A DNA stretch of 64,000 nt, from positions 15,359 through 79,358 of the forward strand of contig JAZRBZ010000016.1 of assembly GCA_045635325.1 (NCBI GenBank), written 5' to 3'. Each line of letters begins with the position of its first letter. Position 1 is the first letter of the stretch. This document shows positions 20,532 through 30,224 of the stretch, in pieces. This stretch comes from Alistipes sp. Its GTDB lineage: Bacteria > Bacteroidota > Bacteroidia > Bacteroidales > Rikenellaceae. Under the pieces are notes generated by a model. The model was not told the origin of the DNA and searched no databases. It saw only the letters and a list, made by a program, of their open reading frames with translations. Position numbers and translations under genes: made by a program.

Positions 20532-21089
20532 ATGGATACCAAAACTATTCTCGCAGATGCAACAACCCGAATGCAAAAGACGGTTGATTTTCTGGAAGAT
20601 ACTCTGCTCAACATCCGTGCAGGTAAGGCATCTACCAATATCTTGAACGGCGTATTTGTCGACTACTATGGCTCGCAAACTCCGGTATCGGGCGTAGCCA
20701 GCGTTACGGTTCCCGACGCAAAGACGGTGCTCATCCAGCCGTGGGACAAGAATATGATTCGCCCTATCGAGAAGGCCATTCTCGATGCGAATATCGGCCT
20801 TACTCCATCGAACAACGGCGAGCATATCCGCCTCTCGATTCCGCCTCTCACCGAGGAGCGTCGTCGCGAGTTGGTTAAGCAGTCGAAGTCCGAGGTCGAG
20901 AACGCGCGCATTTCGTTGCGTAACGCACGTCGCGATGCTGTCGAGGCGTTCAAGAAGGCAATAAAAGAGGGTATGCCTGAGGACGAGAGCAAAGATGGCG
21001 AGTCGCAGGTACAGAAGTTGCTCGAGAAGTATAGCAAGCTCGTCGATGCAGCATTTGAAAAGAAGGAGAAGGAGATTATGACCGTGTAA
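20532..21089 (+). CDS. frr: Ribosome recycling factor
   Basis: IRAGKA, VDYYG, PPLTEERRRELVK, KEKEIMTV. Confidence 0.97.
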   Translation: MDTKTILADATTRMQKTVDFLEDTLLNIRAGKASTNILNGVFVDYYGSQTPVSGVASVTVPDAKTVLIQPWDKNMIRPIEKAILDANIGLTPSNNGEHIRLSIPPLTEERRRELVKQSKSEVENARISLRNARRDAVEAFKKAIKEGMPEDESKDGESQVQKLLEKYSKLVDAAFEKKEKEIMTV

Positions 21090-21107
21090 TCGGCACTTTT
21101 TCCGTTG

Positions 21108-21153
21108 ACGAATGGGGGATTGGTTGCTTGTGCGACCAATCCTTCGTTTTTTT
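21108..21153 (+). terminator. Intrinsic terminator after frr
   Basis: GGATTGGTTGC...GCGACCAATCC followed by a T-run. Confidence 0.8.
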
Positions 21154-21557
21154 TGCCTCTCTCCGGTCGTCGATCTTATCAATATAGTCTGGAAAACGAC
21201 ACATTTTGCAGAGGTTTTATTATTAATAATAAAAAGATGTATGCGGGTGGGGTGCGCACGACCTCTTCCAATCGGACAGATGCGGAGGTGGTGATGCTGC
21301 GCGAATTAACACAGGAAATCGCCATTGTAAGGTTGGTGTAAAATAGCATAAAAATTCAAATATCGGGTAAATATTCGCATAAACTACACATTATTGGATA
21401 TTGTTTTGCGGTAAAAAAGGTCGATTTTTGCAGTTTTCGATACTGGTTCATCGGCGAAGTTTGAGGTAATTTTCAAAAAATAGGTTAAAAGTGCGGTAGA
21501 GCGTGTTTTGGCCGATAAAAAAGATTGTGTAATTTTTTGAAAAAATAGATTAAAAAA

Positions 21558-21589
21558 TTTGGTAGAAATAAGAATTGTGTATATATTTG
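21558..21589 (+). promoter_or_regulatory. Sigma-A promoter for the ompA-lipoprotein operon
   Basis: TTTG (21558) ~20 nt upstream of TATATTTG (21582-21589). Confidence 0.65.
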
Positions 21590-21802
21590 CACCACGTGTA
21601 TTGTGCTTTTTTGTGTAATACGGCGTGTGATAGAGGGGGATTTCGATGGGAAATCCCGGTTGTGCGACAGAAAATCGGCCAAACGGTCGATTGCCGATTA
21701 ATTTTATAGATGCATATATACGGTTGGGTATCAAATAGTTATGCAATTTTACCCAACAGCAGACAAAATGTAGGATTAACTGTATTAAACATTAATAAAC
21801 CT

Positions 21803-23011
21803 ATGAAATTTAGACAATTAACTTTGATTCTCGTTGCGACGTTCGCATTTGTTGGCGTTTCGTTCGCACAGCAGAGCAAAACGGATGAGAGCGTTGAGTT
21901 CCGTCCGCATTGGAGCTTGCAGGTTCAGGGTGGCGCAGCTTACACGCTGGGTGAGACAAATTTCGGTGACCTCATTTCGCCGGCAGTTTATCTCAACGCA
22001 GGTTATAAGTTCCACCACGGCCTCGGTGTTCGCTTTGGTATCGGAGGTTGGCAGGCGAAGGGTTATGTTGTATTGCCACAGCAGAACTATTCGTATAACT
22101 TCCTTCAGGGTAACATTGATTTCGTTGTTGATTTGAGCAGCTTGATCGGTGGTTACAACCATCGTCGTGTTGCTAGCGTATTCGCATTCGCCGGTCTCGG
22201 TCTGAATGGCGGTATCAACAACAAGCAGGCAGTTGCAATCAAGGAGGCAAACCCTCGTGAACTCAGCTACTTGTGGAACCCTACCAAGTTCTTCGTAGCA
22301 GGTCGTCTCGGTTTGGGCGTTGATTTCCGTTGCAGCGATTTGATTTCGGTAAATTTGGAGGCAAATACCAACTTCCTCTCTGACCACTTCAACTCGAAGA
22401 AGGCAGAGAACCTCGATTGGCACTTCAACCTCTTGGCCGGTGTAACTTTCCGCTTCGGCAAGAACTACCGTCCTTCGAAGGTTTACGCTGAGAAGGTAGC
22501 AGCCGAGAAGGCAGCCGCAGAGGCAGCAGCAAAGGCAGCAGCAGAGAAGGCAGCAGCAGAGAAGGCAGCAGCAGAGGCAGCAGCAAAGGCAGCGGCTGAG
22601 AAGGCAGCAGCAGAGGCAGCGGCAGCAAAGGCAGCAGCAGAGCAGGCAGAGCGCGAGCGTGCAGCAGCAGAGCGCGCACAGCTCATCGCTGAGAACTCGC
22701 AGAACGTATTCTTCCAGATTGGTAAGTCGTACATCTCGCGCGAGGAGGGTAAGAAGATTGACACTCTTGCTGAGTGGCTCAAGGCAAATCCTTCGTACAG
22801 CGTAGAGGTTGTAGGTTACGCAGATAAGGAGACCGGTTACACCGCTCTCAACAAGAAGCTCTCGGAGCGTCGTGCAGCTAACGTTAAGGCACGTTTGCTC
22901 GCAGCAGGTATCGCTGAGGAGCGTATCGTAACCGATCACAAGGGCGACACTGTTCAGCCATTCGGTGAGAAGAGCGCGAAGAACCGTGTTGTAATTTGCA
23001 CACTTGAATAA
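21803..23011 (+). CDS. OmpA family outer membrane protein with an Ala/Glu/Lys-rich linker
   Basis: Signal peptide, beta-barrel-like N-terminal domain, (AAAEK)n linker, C-terminal VVGYADKETG...N..LSERRA..V...NRVV peptidoglycan-binding domain. Confidence 0.93.
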   Translation: MKFRQLTLILVATFAFVGVSFAQQSKTDESVEFRPHWSLQVQGGAAYTLGETNFGDLISPAVYLNAGYKFHHGLGVRFGIGGWQAKGYVVLPQQNYSYNFLQGNIDFVVDLSSLIGGYNHRRVASVFAFAGLGLNGGINNKQAVAIKEANPRELSYLWNPTKFFVAGRLGLGVDFRCSDLISVNLEANTNFLSDHFNSKKAENLDWHFNLLAGVTFRFGKNYRPSKVYAEKVAAEKAAAEAAAKAAAEKAAAEKAAAEAAAKAAAEKAAAEAAAAKAAAEQAERERAAAERAQLIAENSQNVFFQIGKSYISREEGKKIDTLAEWLKANPSYSVEVVGYADKETGYTALNKKLSERRAANVKARLLAAGIAEERIVTDHKGDTVQPFGEKSAKNRVVICTLE

Positions 23012-23100
23012 TCTTTTTGGAGTTATATATAATATATAGGTGTAACGAACAAAATAAGAATATTTCAATTATTTATTAACTTTTATTAATTTTATTTTCT

Positions 23101-26100
23101 ATGAAAATGTACTTTTCTAAATTGGCGAAGGTGCTCCTCGCGGGAGCAGCTATCGTTGCGGTAGGATGTACGGATTACAAGGATGACATTGCTAGCATCA
23201 ATGACAAACTTGATAATGACATCGTTGCCGGTATGATCGAGCCTTTGCAGGCAGATCTTGAGAAGGCAGTTGCTGACCTCGAGGCAGCTCAGGCAGCGTT
23301 GAAGGCAGAGCTCACTACGAAGCACGATGCTGACGTAAAGACTTTGCAGGACGCTGACGCTGCATTGGATGGTAAGATCGCAGCTGCAAATAAGTCGATT
23401 GTCGACTTGCAGGCAGCTTTGGCTGCTGAGAAGGCAGCTTTGCAGGCAGAGATCGACGCTTTGGAGGTTGCTTTGGAGGCTGCAAAGAAGGCTGCTGCTG
23501 ATGCAGACGCTGCTCTTAAGGCAGAGCTCGTAAAGGAGATTACCGATCTCGAGACTGAGCTCCTCGCAAAGATTACTGCTTTGGAGACCAAGCACAACGA
23601 AGAGATTGCTGCTTTGGCAAAGAAGGTTGACGATAACAAGGCTGCAGTTGACGCTGAGTTCGCAAAGGTTGCTGGTCAGATTTCGGACCTCAACGATAAG
23701 GACGCAGAGTTGGAGGCTGAGTTGGCTAAGCAGGCTAAGGCTATCGAGGATCTCGATGCAAAGGTTGATGCTAACTACGCTGAGTTGAGCGCAACTATTG
23801 AGGCTGTTCGCAAGAACTTGCAGGATCAGGTTTATGCTAACAAGGCAGCTATCGACGCTAACAAGGCATCGATCAACGCTGTTGCAGCTGGTTTGGCGAC
23901 TTTGACTGCTGATGTTCGCGCATTGGAGCAGAAGGTATACGGTATCGAGGGTGACTTGGTTGCACACCTTGAGGAGTATGCTAACTACAAGGCCCTCGTA
24001 GCTGGTAAGCTTGAGGCTTTGGAGGCAGCTCACGCAGCTCTCGAGGCACGCGTAGCTGATTTGGAGAACGTTGTTATCCCTGCAATTAAGGCTCAGATCG
24101 CTGAGAACGCTAAGTTGGCAAACGCTAACGCAGCTGAGATTGCAAAGAACGCAGCTTTGTTCGAGCAGTACAAGCAGGCAGCACAGCAGACTTATGCTGC
24201 ATTGGTTGCTGCTGACGAGGATTTGGCTTTGTCGATTGCACTTCTCGGTGAGCAGGTTGACGGTATCGCTGCTGATTTGGCTGCTTACAAGGCAACTATC
24301 GAGGACGAGCTCGCTGACCACTACGATGCATTCGAGCAGTTCAAGAACGATACTGACGAGCGTATCTCTGACGCTGTTGCTAAGGAGTTGGCTCACTACA
24401 CCGAGCTCACCGCTAAGCACAATGCACAGGAGGCTGCTCTCGCACAGTTGCAGGCATTCTTGCAGCAGGAGATCGCTGAGCGCAAGGCTGCTGATGCTGC
24501 TTTGCAGGCATCGATTGAGTCGCTCAACATCCGTCTCGATGCAGTTACTGCTCGTGTAGCAGTTCTCGAGGCTGGTTTGGCAGATTTGAAGGCTGCTCAC
24601 GAGGCTTTGGCTAATGAGTACGCTGCATTCAAGAAGGAGATCACTACTTCGTTGATTAACGCTATCAACGCATTGCAGGAGCAGATGGTTCTCAATAACG
24701 CTGCTATCTATGGCACCATCGCTGAGCTCCAGGCACACGTTGACGCTGAGGTTGCTGCTTTGAAGAAGGCAGACGAGAACTTGCAGAACGCTATCAACGC
24801 TGAAAAGAAGGCTCGCGAGGAGGCTATTGCTGCAGAGAAGAAGGCTCGTGAGGACGCTGACGCAGCTCTCCAGGAGCAGATCGACGCTATCGTTGCAAAC
24901 CTCGCTGCTATGGTTCAGAGCTTGGTATATGTTCCTGAGTACACTGACGGTATGGCTACTATCGAGTACGCTACTATCGGTTCGCAGACTGAGACTATCC
25001 TCGAGGGTTACTCGCAGATCACTTACCAGGTTTATCCTGCAGAGTGCGCTGCTACTATCGCAGCTCTCCCTAACGCTGCAGAGCTCTTCTCGTTCGACAG
25101 CAAGACCGTAGCTATCCGCCCTATGGGTTGGACCGAGGATGTCCTCACTGTAGTAAAGGTTGATGCTGATGCTGAGAAGGCTGGTGCTCTCGTATTGACC
25201 GTTAAGGCAAACCTCGGTGAGAATTTCTACCAGGGTGAGGAGCAGCACGCTGTATCGTTGCACTTGAACGTTGCTGACACTAACCTTTCGTCGTGCTACA
25301 CCAACTTGATCGCTGCTAACACTGCAGCTCATATCCGTACTAACATCTACGTAAACAACATCGATTGGACTCCAGCTAACGGTAACTACTCGCTTCCATT
25401 CGAGGGTGCTGCTGCTGACATCGAGTACATCGACTTGAAGAAGACAGTAGAGATTGCTCCAGATCACGTTATCGGTTACACCGTTCCAGGTGAGGAGAAG
25501 CCGTTGACTGCTGCTGAGGTTGCTGAGAAGTATGGTTACGAGGTAACTTACCAGGCTGAGCAGCCAGTTGTTGAGTACATTCAGGGTGAAGAGACTACTG
25601 AGCTTGAGAAGGTATACGAGCTCGTAGCTCAGGAGCCACGTCATGAGTGGACTAACGCGTGGACTTCGATTAAGTTGCAGAAGGAGGATAAGAAAGCAGT
25701 TGGTTCGAGCTGCGTTGTTAAGTACTTCTACAACGTTTACGGCGATACGTTGTCGATCGGTGGTCGTGCTAACATCATTCCTATCCAGACCAAGGTTACT
25801 TTGGATGCTGTTAACCCAGTTGTTTGGAACTACGTAGCAGATGCTGAGCAGGATGCTGTTGCCCTCAATGGTGGCGATGCAAACTACGCTCGTACTGCAA
25901 TCAAGTTGGCTTTGACTTCGTCGGAGCTTCCAGAGGATACTACTGTTGCTGATCTCATCCTTTCGGGTGCACCTGATAAGACTGAGGTTATCGTTAACGG
26001 TGCTGCTGTTAGCGGCGTAACTGCTACTCTTAACGGTAACGAGACTGATGGTTACACTTTGGCTCTCTCGAACTTCGAGTGGGATACCGAGTACACCGTT

Positions 26101-27570
26101 GCTCTCAAGTACGCTTTGGCACACCTCGATGCTAACGTAACTATCAAGGTTAACACTGTTGACCGTAAGCGTGGTGAGCTCGTTAAGGTTGAGCAGACCT
26201 ACGACAACTACGTATTCGCTAAGGACTACGCATTCGCAGCATTCGACGGCGTTGCTCCAGAGATGGCTATCAACTCGGTTTACACCGATGTAGCAGCTCT
26301 CTACGACCTCACCGGTATCGAGGAGGCAGCTTACTTGAAGGAGGTATTCGTTGAGAAGACTCCTTACGCAGTTGCTGATGTAGTAGCTCCTACTGCTACT
26401 CTCGACTACTTGTTCAACGCTGAGGGTAATGCAGTTTCGGTTGCTTACGCTTACGACGCTTGGGCTCAGCCAGCATTGAACGTAACTTATACTAAGAACA
26501 TTACCTTGTGGTATGGTCAGGATGTAGAGCTCGTAGTTAATCTTGTTCTCGCTCTGCCTAAGTATGACTTTGCTCCAGCAGGTCACTACACCAAGCTTAA
26601 TCCAGATGCTAATCGTCTTGAGTCGAAGGTATTCCCTTACTACTTGCCTAAGTTGTCTGAGTTGGAGGCTATCGCTGGTAACCCATTGAAGTTCTTCGAC
26701 GTTGATAAGGTAGATATGGATAAGGCATTCGATATCGTAGATGAGGCTGGTAGTCGTATCGTATTTGATATTGATATGACAGATATTGAACTCTACAAGG
26801 AGAAGCTTTTGAATGTCTATGGTCTGCTTCCAGTATTTGAGTTGGAGAAGGATTACAATGCCGACTTCAAAGCATACAATGACGAGGTAGATGTAGATAC
26901 CAACGTTGATCCTACTGATAGACTTGCTTACCACCGTCGTATTGATATGAATAACAATAAGATCGATTATTATGGTCCTAATAAGTACGTTGATGTACGT
27001 GGTCGTTTGTATATCGTAAATAGCAATGGTTCTAAGGTTGAGTTGCCTACTTCGTTCGACAATGTTCCTGACTTCGTAAACTATGCTGTTAAGAAGTACG
27101 ATCCAATTGATTGGGGTCGTAAGAAGGTCGACGAGGTGGTTCGCGTTGTAAAACTTGATCCAATTGCAGTAAGTAGTGCAACTAACTACGATGAGAGAGT
27201 TCTCCAGCATGTAGAGCTTAAGGACTGGCGTGATAATTATACTAACTATTCACTGGTTGATCCTGCTACACAAGATTGGGTAAAGGGTAATGATGAGAAT
27301 GGTTTCGCATCTTCAGTGAATAATGTAAGCAAGTTGTATCGTCTCCGCAAGAAGTGGACAACAAGCGTCGTAGCTGATCCAGAACTTCGTAAGATCTTGA
27401 AGTTTGATGCTACTGAGGGTATCTTGACTCTCAACAATGAGGCTCATATTGAGTTGACTGAACCAGTTCCATTTATTGTTACATTGGAGTTGCAGTCTTG
27501 TTGGGGTGATTACAAGTATGAGATTCATTACACATTTGAGCAGAAACATGGTGATGCTGTTAATGAATAA
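23101..27570 (+). CDS. Very large surface lipoprotein with a ~570 aa coiled-coil stalk
   Basis: Lipobox VAVGC followed by TDYKDDI; heptad-rich Ala/Glu/Leu region up to VQSLVYVPEYTDG, then beta-rich domains; strongly biased codon usage. Confidence 0.85.
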   Translation: MKMYFSKLAKVLLAGAAIVAVGCTDYKDDIASINDKLDNDIVAGMIEPLQADLEKAVADLEAAQAALKAELTTKHDADVKTLQDADAALDGKIAAANKSIVDLQAALAAEKAALQAEIDALEVALEAAKKAAADADAALKAELVKEITDLETELLAKITALETKHNEEIAALAKKVDDNKAAVDAEFAKVAGQISDLNDKDAELEAELAKQAKAIEDLDAKVDANYAELSATIEAVRKNLQDQVYANKAAIDANKASINAVAAGLATLTADVRALEQKVYGIEGDLVAHLEEYANYKALVAGKLEALEAAHAALEARVADLENVVIPAIKAQIAENAKLANANAAEIAKNAALFEQYKQAAQQTYAALVAADEDLALSIALLGEQVDGIAADLAAYKATIEDELADHYDAFEQFKNDTDERISDAVAKELAHYTELTAKHNAQEAALAQLQAFLQQEIAERKAADAALQASIESLNIRLDAVTARVAVLEAGLADLKAAHEALANEYAAFKKEITTSLINAINALQEQMVLNNAAIYGTIAELQAHVDAEVAALKKADENLQNAINAEKKAREEAIAAEKKAREDADAALQEQIDAIVANLAAMVQSLVYVPEYTDGMATIEYATIGSQTETILEGYSQITYQVYPAECAATIAALPNAAELFSFDSKTVAIRPMGWTEDVLTVVKVDADAEKAGALVLTVKANLGENFYQGEEQHAVSLHLNVADTNLSSCYTNLIAANTAAHIRTNIYVNNIDWTPANGNYSLPFEGAAADIEYIDLKKTVEIAPDHVIGYTVPGEEKPLTAAEVAEKYGYEVTYQAEQPVVEYIQGEETTELEKVYELVAQEPRHEWTNAWTSIKLQKEDKKAVGSSCVVKYFYNVYGDTLSIGGRANIIPIQTKVTLDAVNPVVWNYVADAEQDAVALNGGDANYARTAIKLALTSSELPEDTTVADLILSGAPDKTEVIVNGAAVSGVTATLNGNETDGYTLALSNFEWDTEYTVALKYALAHLDANVTIKVNTVDRKRGELVKVEQTYDNYVFAKDYAFAAFDGVAPEMAINSVYTDVAALYDLTGIEEAAYLKEVFVEKTPYAVADVVAPTATLDYLFNAEGNAVSVAYAYDAWAQPALNVTYTKNITLWYGQDVELVVNLVLALPKYDFAPAGHYTKLNPDANRLESKVFPYYLPKLSELEAIAGNPLKFFDVDKVDMDKAFDIVDEAGSRIVFDIDMTDIELYKEKLLNVYGLLPVFELEKDYNADFKAYNDEVDVDTNVDPTDRLAYHRRIDMNNNKIDYYGPNKYVDVRGRLYIVNSNGSKVELPTSFDNVPDFVNYAVKKYDPIDWGRKKVDEVVRVVKLDPIAVSSATNYDERVLQHVELKDWRDNYTNYSLVDPATQDWVKGNDENGFASSVNNVSKLYRLRKKWTTSVVADPELRKILKFDATEGILTLNNEAHIELTEPVPFIVTLELQSCWGDYKYEIHYTFEQKHGDAVNE

Positions 27571-27593
27571 TTCTTGTAAAGTTCTATAAAGAT

Positions 27594-27626
27594 GGCGGGG
27601 GGACGTTAGTCCTCCCGCTATTTTTG
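27594..27626 (+). terminator. Intrinsic terminator
   Basis: GCGGGGGAC-GTTA-GTCCTCCCGC followed by ATTTTT. Confidence 0.8.
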
Positions 27627-27709
27627 TGAAATCGCATTTGTGAGGGGTATTTTCTGCCGCTAACAGAATTCTCGGCAAAGGGTAGTACGCCAAGTATGCT
27701 TGCTTTTTA

Positions 27710-27759
27710 TAAGGTTGCGTAAGGTCAATTAAGGTCCGGTAAGGTCGAGTAAGGCCGGG
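27710..27759 (+). repeat. TAAGGTC decamer tandem repeat, copy 2
   Basis: TAAGGTTGCG TAAGGTCAAT TAAGGTCCGG TAAGGTCGAG TAAGGCCGGG. Confidence 0.85.
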
Positions 27760-28048
27760 TGGAGGTGGTGAGCAAGGGAACCGTACGCCGTATTTCGATG
27801 TAGGGCAAGTTTGACCTGGGAACTCTCGGCGCAAGTTATGGTAAGGCAGGGTGTGCCATTGTTTATGACGACAAGAGTGGCATTGCGCGCAACCGGCTCA
27901 AAATCATAGCAAAAAAATAGTGGCAAAAGTTGCAAGCCCCGAAAAAAATGTGTACTTTTGCGAACCTTATGCGCATAATGCGTGCAAGGCGTAACATTTT
28001 ATTTATTAACTTATTAACGGGCGATTGTATCGCAAACATTTTTTCTGT

Positions 28049-29830
28049 ATGGAAAACATTAAAGTAGCAAACGAAAACTTCGATTGGGCAGCGTTTGAGA
28101 ACGAGTCGGGTCTCTATCCACAGAGCAAGGAGGAGATCGCAGCGCAGTATGGCAACACGATGTCGAACATCGCAGTTGGCGAGACTGTAGAGGGTACTGT
28201 AACCGAGATCAACAAGCGCGAGGTTATCGTAAACATCGGCTACAAGAGCGAAGGTGTAATTTCGGCGGCAGAGTTCCGCTATGACTCGGAGTTGAAGGTC
28301 GGCGACAAGGTCGAGGTCTACGTTGAGTCGGTAGAGGACAAGGGTGGCCAGTTGGCTCTCTCGCACAAGAAGGCACGTCAGCTCAAATCGTGGGATCGTG
28401 TAAACGAGGCACTCGAGAAGGACGAAATCATCAAGGGTTACGTAAAGTGCCGCACCAAGGGCGGTATGATCGTGGACGTATTCGGTATCGAGGCGTTCCT
28501 CCCTGGTTCGCAGATCGACGTGAAGCCAATTCGCGACTACGATGTATATGTAGATAAGACGATGGAGTTCAAGGTTGTTAAGATCAACCAGGAGTTCCGC
28601 AACGTTGTTGTTTCGCACAAGGCGCTCATCGAGGCTGAGTTGGAGCAGCAGAAGCAGGTTATTATGTCGAAGCTCGAGAAGGGCCAGATCCTCGAGGGTA
28701 CGGTTAAGAACATCACTTCGTATGGTGTATTCATCGACCTCGGCGGCGTAGATGGTCTCATCCACATCACCGACCTCTCGTGGGGCCGCGTAAATCATCC
28801 GGAGGAGATCGTTGCTCTCGACCAGAAGTTGAACGTTGTTATCATCGACTTCGATGAGAACAAGAAGCGTATCGCTTTGGGCTTGAAGCAGCTTACTGCT
28901 CACCCTTGGGAGTCGCTCGACGCAGAGTTGAAGGTTGGCGACCACGTTAAGGGTAAGGTTGTTGTTATGGCTGACTACGGTGCATTCGTTGAGATCGCAC
29001 CAGGCGTAGAGGGCTTGATCCACGTTTCGGAGATGTCGTGGAGCCAGCACTTGCGTTCGGCACAGGACTTTATGAAGGTAGGCGACGAGGTAGAGGCAGT
29101 TGTTTTGACTCTCGACCGCGAGGAGCGCAAGATGTCGCTCGGTATCAAGCAGCTTACCGCTGATCCGTGGGAGAATATCGAGGTTAAGTACCCTGTTGGT
29201 ACGAAGTGCAACGCAAAGGTTCGCAACTTCACTAACTTCGGTGTATTTGTTGAGATCGAGGAGGGTATCGACGGCCTGATCCACATTTCGGATTTGTCGT
29301 GGACCAAGAAGATCAAGCACCCAGCAGAGTTCACTCAGGTAGGTGCCGATATCGAGGTTGTAGTTCTCGAGATTGACAAGGAAAATCGTCGTTTGAGCTT
29401 GGGCCACAAGCAGTTGGAGGAGAATCCTTGGAATGGTTTCGAGCAGCAGTATGCTGTTGACACCGTTCATACAGCTGCAATTTCGGAGCTCACCGAGAAG
29501 GGTGCTATCGTAGCTTTGGGTGAGAACATCGAGGGCTTTGTTCCTGCAAAGCAGTTGGTTAAGGAGGATGGTACGACTTTGAAGGCAGGTGAGACCGCCG
29601 AGTTCAAGGTTATCGAGTTCTCGAAGGCAACCAAGCGCATCACCCTTTCGCACTCGCGCATCTTCGAGGAGGCAAAGCGTGCAGAGGTAGCAGCAGAGAA
29701 GGCTGAAAAGAAGGCAGCTGCAGAGGCAACGAAGTCGTCGATCAAGAAGGTACAGCAGTCGGTTGAGAAGACCACGCTGGGCGACATCGCAGGTCTTGCA
29801 GAGTTGAAGGCACAGTTGGAGAAGAAATAA
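28049..29830 (+). CDS. rpsA: 30S ribosomal protein S1
   Basis: Six S1 repeats (IGYKSEG, AFLPGSQID, DGLIHITDLSW, EGLIHVSEMSW). Confidence 0.97.
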   Translation: MENIKVANENFDWAAFENESGLYPQSKEEIAAQYGNTMSNIAVGETVEGTVTEINKREVIVNIGYKSEGVISAAEFRYDSELKVGDKVEVYVESVEDKGGQLALSHKKARQLKSWDRVNEALEKDEIIKGYVKCRTKGGMIVDVFGIEAFLPGSQIDVKPIRDYDVYVDKTMEFKVVKINQEFRNVVVSHKALIEAELEQQKQVIMSKLEKGQILEGTVKNITSYGVFIDLGGVDGLIHITDLSWGRVNHPEEIVALDQKLNVVIIDFDENKKRIALGLKQLTAHPWESLDAELKVGDHVKGKVVVMADYGAFVEIAPGVEGLIHVSEMSWSQHLRSAQDFMKVGDEVEAVVLTLDREERKMSLGIKQLTADPWENIEVKYPVGTKCNAKVRNFTNFGVFVEIEEGIDGLIHISDLSWTKKIKHPAEFTQVGADIEVVVLEIDKENRRLSLGHKQLEENPWNGFEQQYAVDTVHTAAISELTEKGAIVALGENIEGFVPAKQLVKEDGTTLKAGETAEFKVIEFSKATKRITLSHSRIFEEAKRAEVAAEKAEKKAAAEATKSSIKKVQQSVEKTTLGDIAGLAELKAQLEKK

Positions 29831-29857
29831 TCCGGCGACGTCCGATACACAATAGCG

Positions 29858-29889
29858 AATCCCGATCGTGCAAACGGTCGGGATTTTTT
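29858..29889 (+). terminator. Intrinsic terminator after rpsA
   Basis: AATCCCGATCG...CGGTCGGGATT followed by a T-run. Confidence 0.8.
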
Positions 29890-30064
29890 GTCTCCTATAA
29901 GCTCTTGTAACCGTCAGATCGCGCGACGGGTGGTGCCGAGCGTCGAAATTCTGCGATGAATCGACAGCCGATACTTGCGGGCAGGGTGGTGCAGAGCGGG
30001 GTAGGGTATAGTGTTGTGCCAGACTGCGACTCGGTGTTTATTGCGGTCTTAAGCGATTGAATTT

Positions 30065-30103
30065 TAAGGTCTATTAAGTCGAGTAAAGTCAATTAAGGTC
30101 AAG
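30065..30103 (+). repeat. TAAGGTC decamer tandem repeat, copy 3
   Basis: TAAGGTCTAT TAAGTCGAG TAAAGTCAAT TAAGGTCAAG. Confidence 0.8.
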
Positions 30104-30146
30104 GGTATATTGCCAAGATGATGGTTGGGCGGGGGTATAGAAACAC

Positions 30147-30178
30147 AAAAGGCATTTCCTGATTTGGAAATGCCTTTT
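30147..30178 (-). terminator. Terminator of the rpmB-rpmG-DUF4295 operon
   Basis: AAAAGGCATTTCC-TGATTT-GGAAATGCCTTTT. Confidence 0.85.
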
Positions 30179-30224
30179 GTGTGAAGAGCGATGCTCTTAA
30201 CACATTGTTGCTGTGAGTTTCAGA

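Noticed and set aside
21154-21560. Possible invertible promoter upstream of ompA
   Set aside because: No convincing inverted repeat pair flanks the promoter and there is no recombinase nearby.
23092-27210. 1372-aa minus-strand ORF opposite the giant lipoprotein
   Set aside because: Antisense shadow caused by the strong codon bias of the sense gene; Ser/Leu/Cys-rich with no recognisable motifs.
29926-30000. Near-identical 15-bp direct repeat GGGTGGTGC(C/A)GAGCG after rpsA
   Set aside because: Only two copies with no clear structure; insufficient support.
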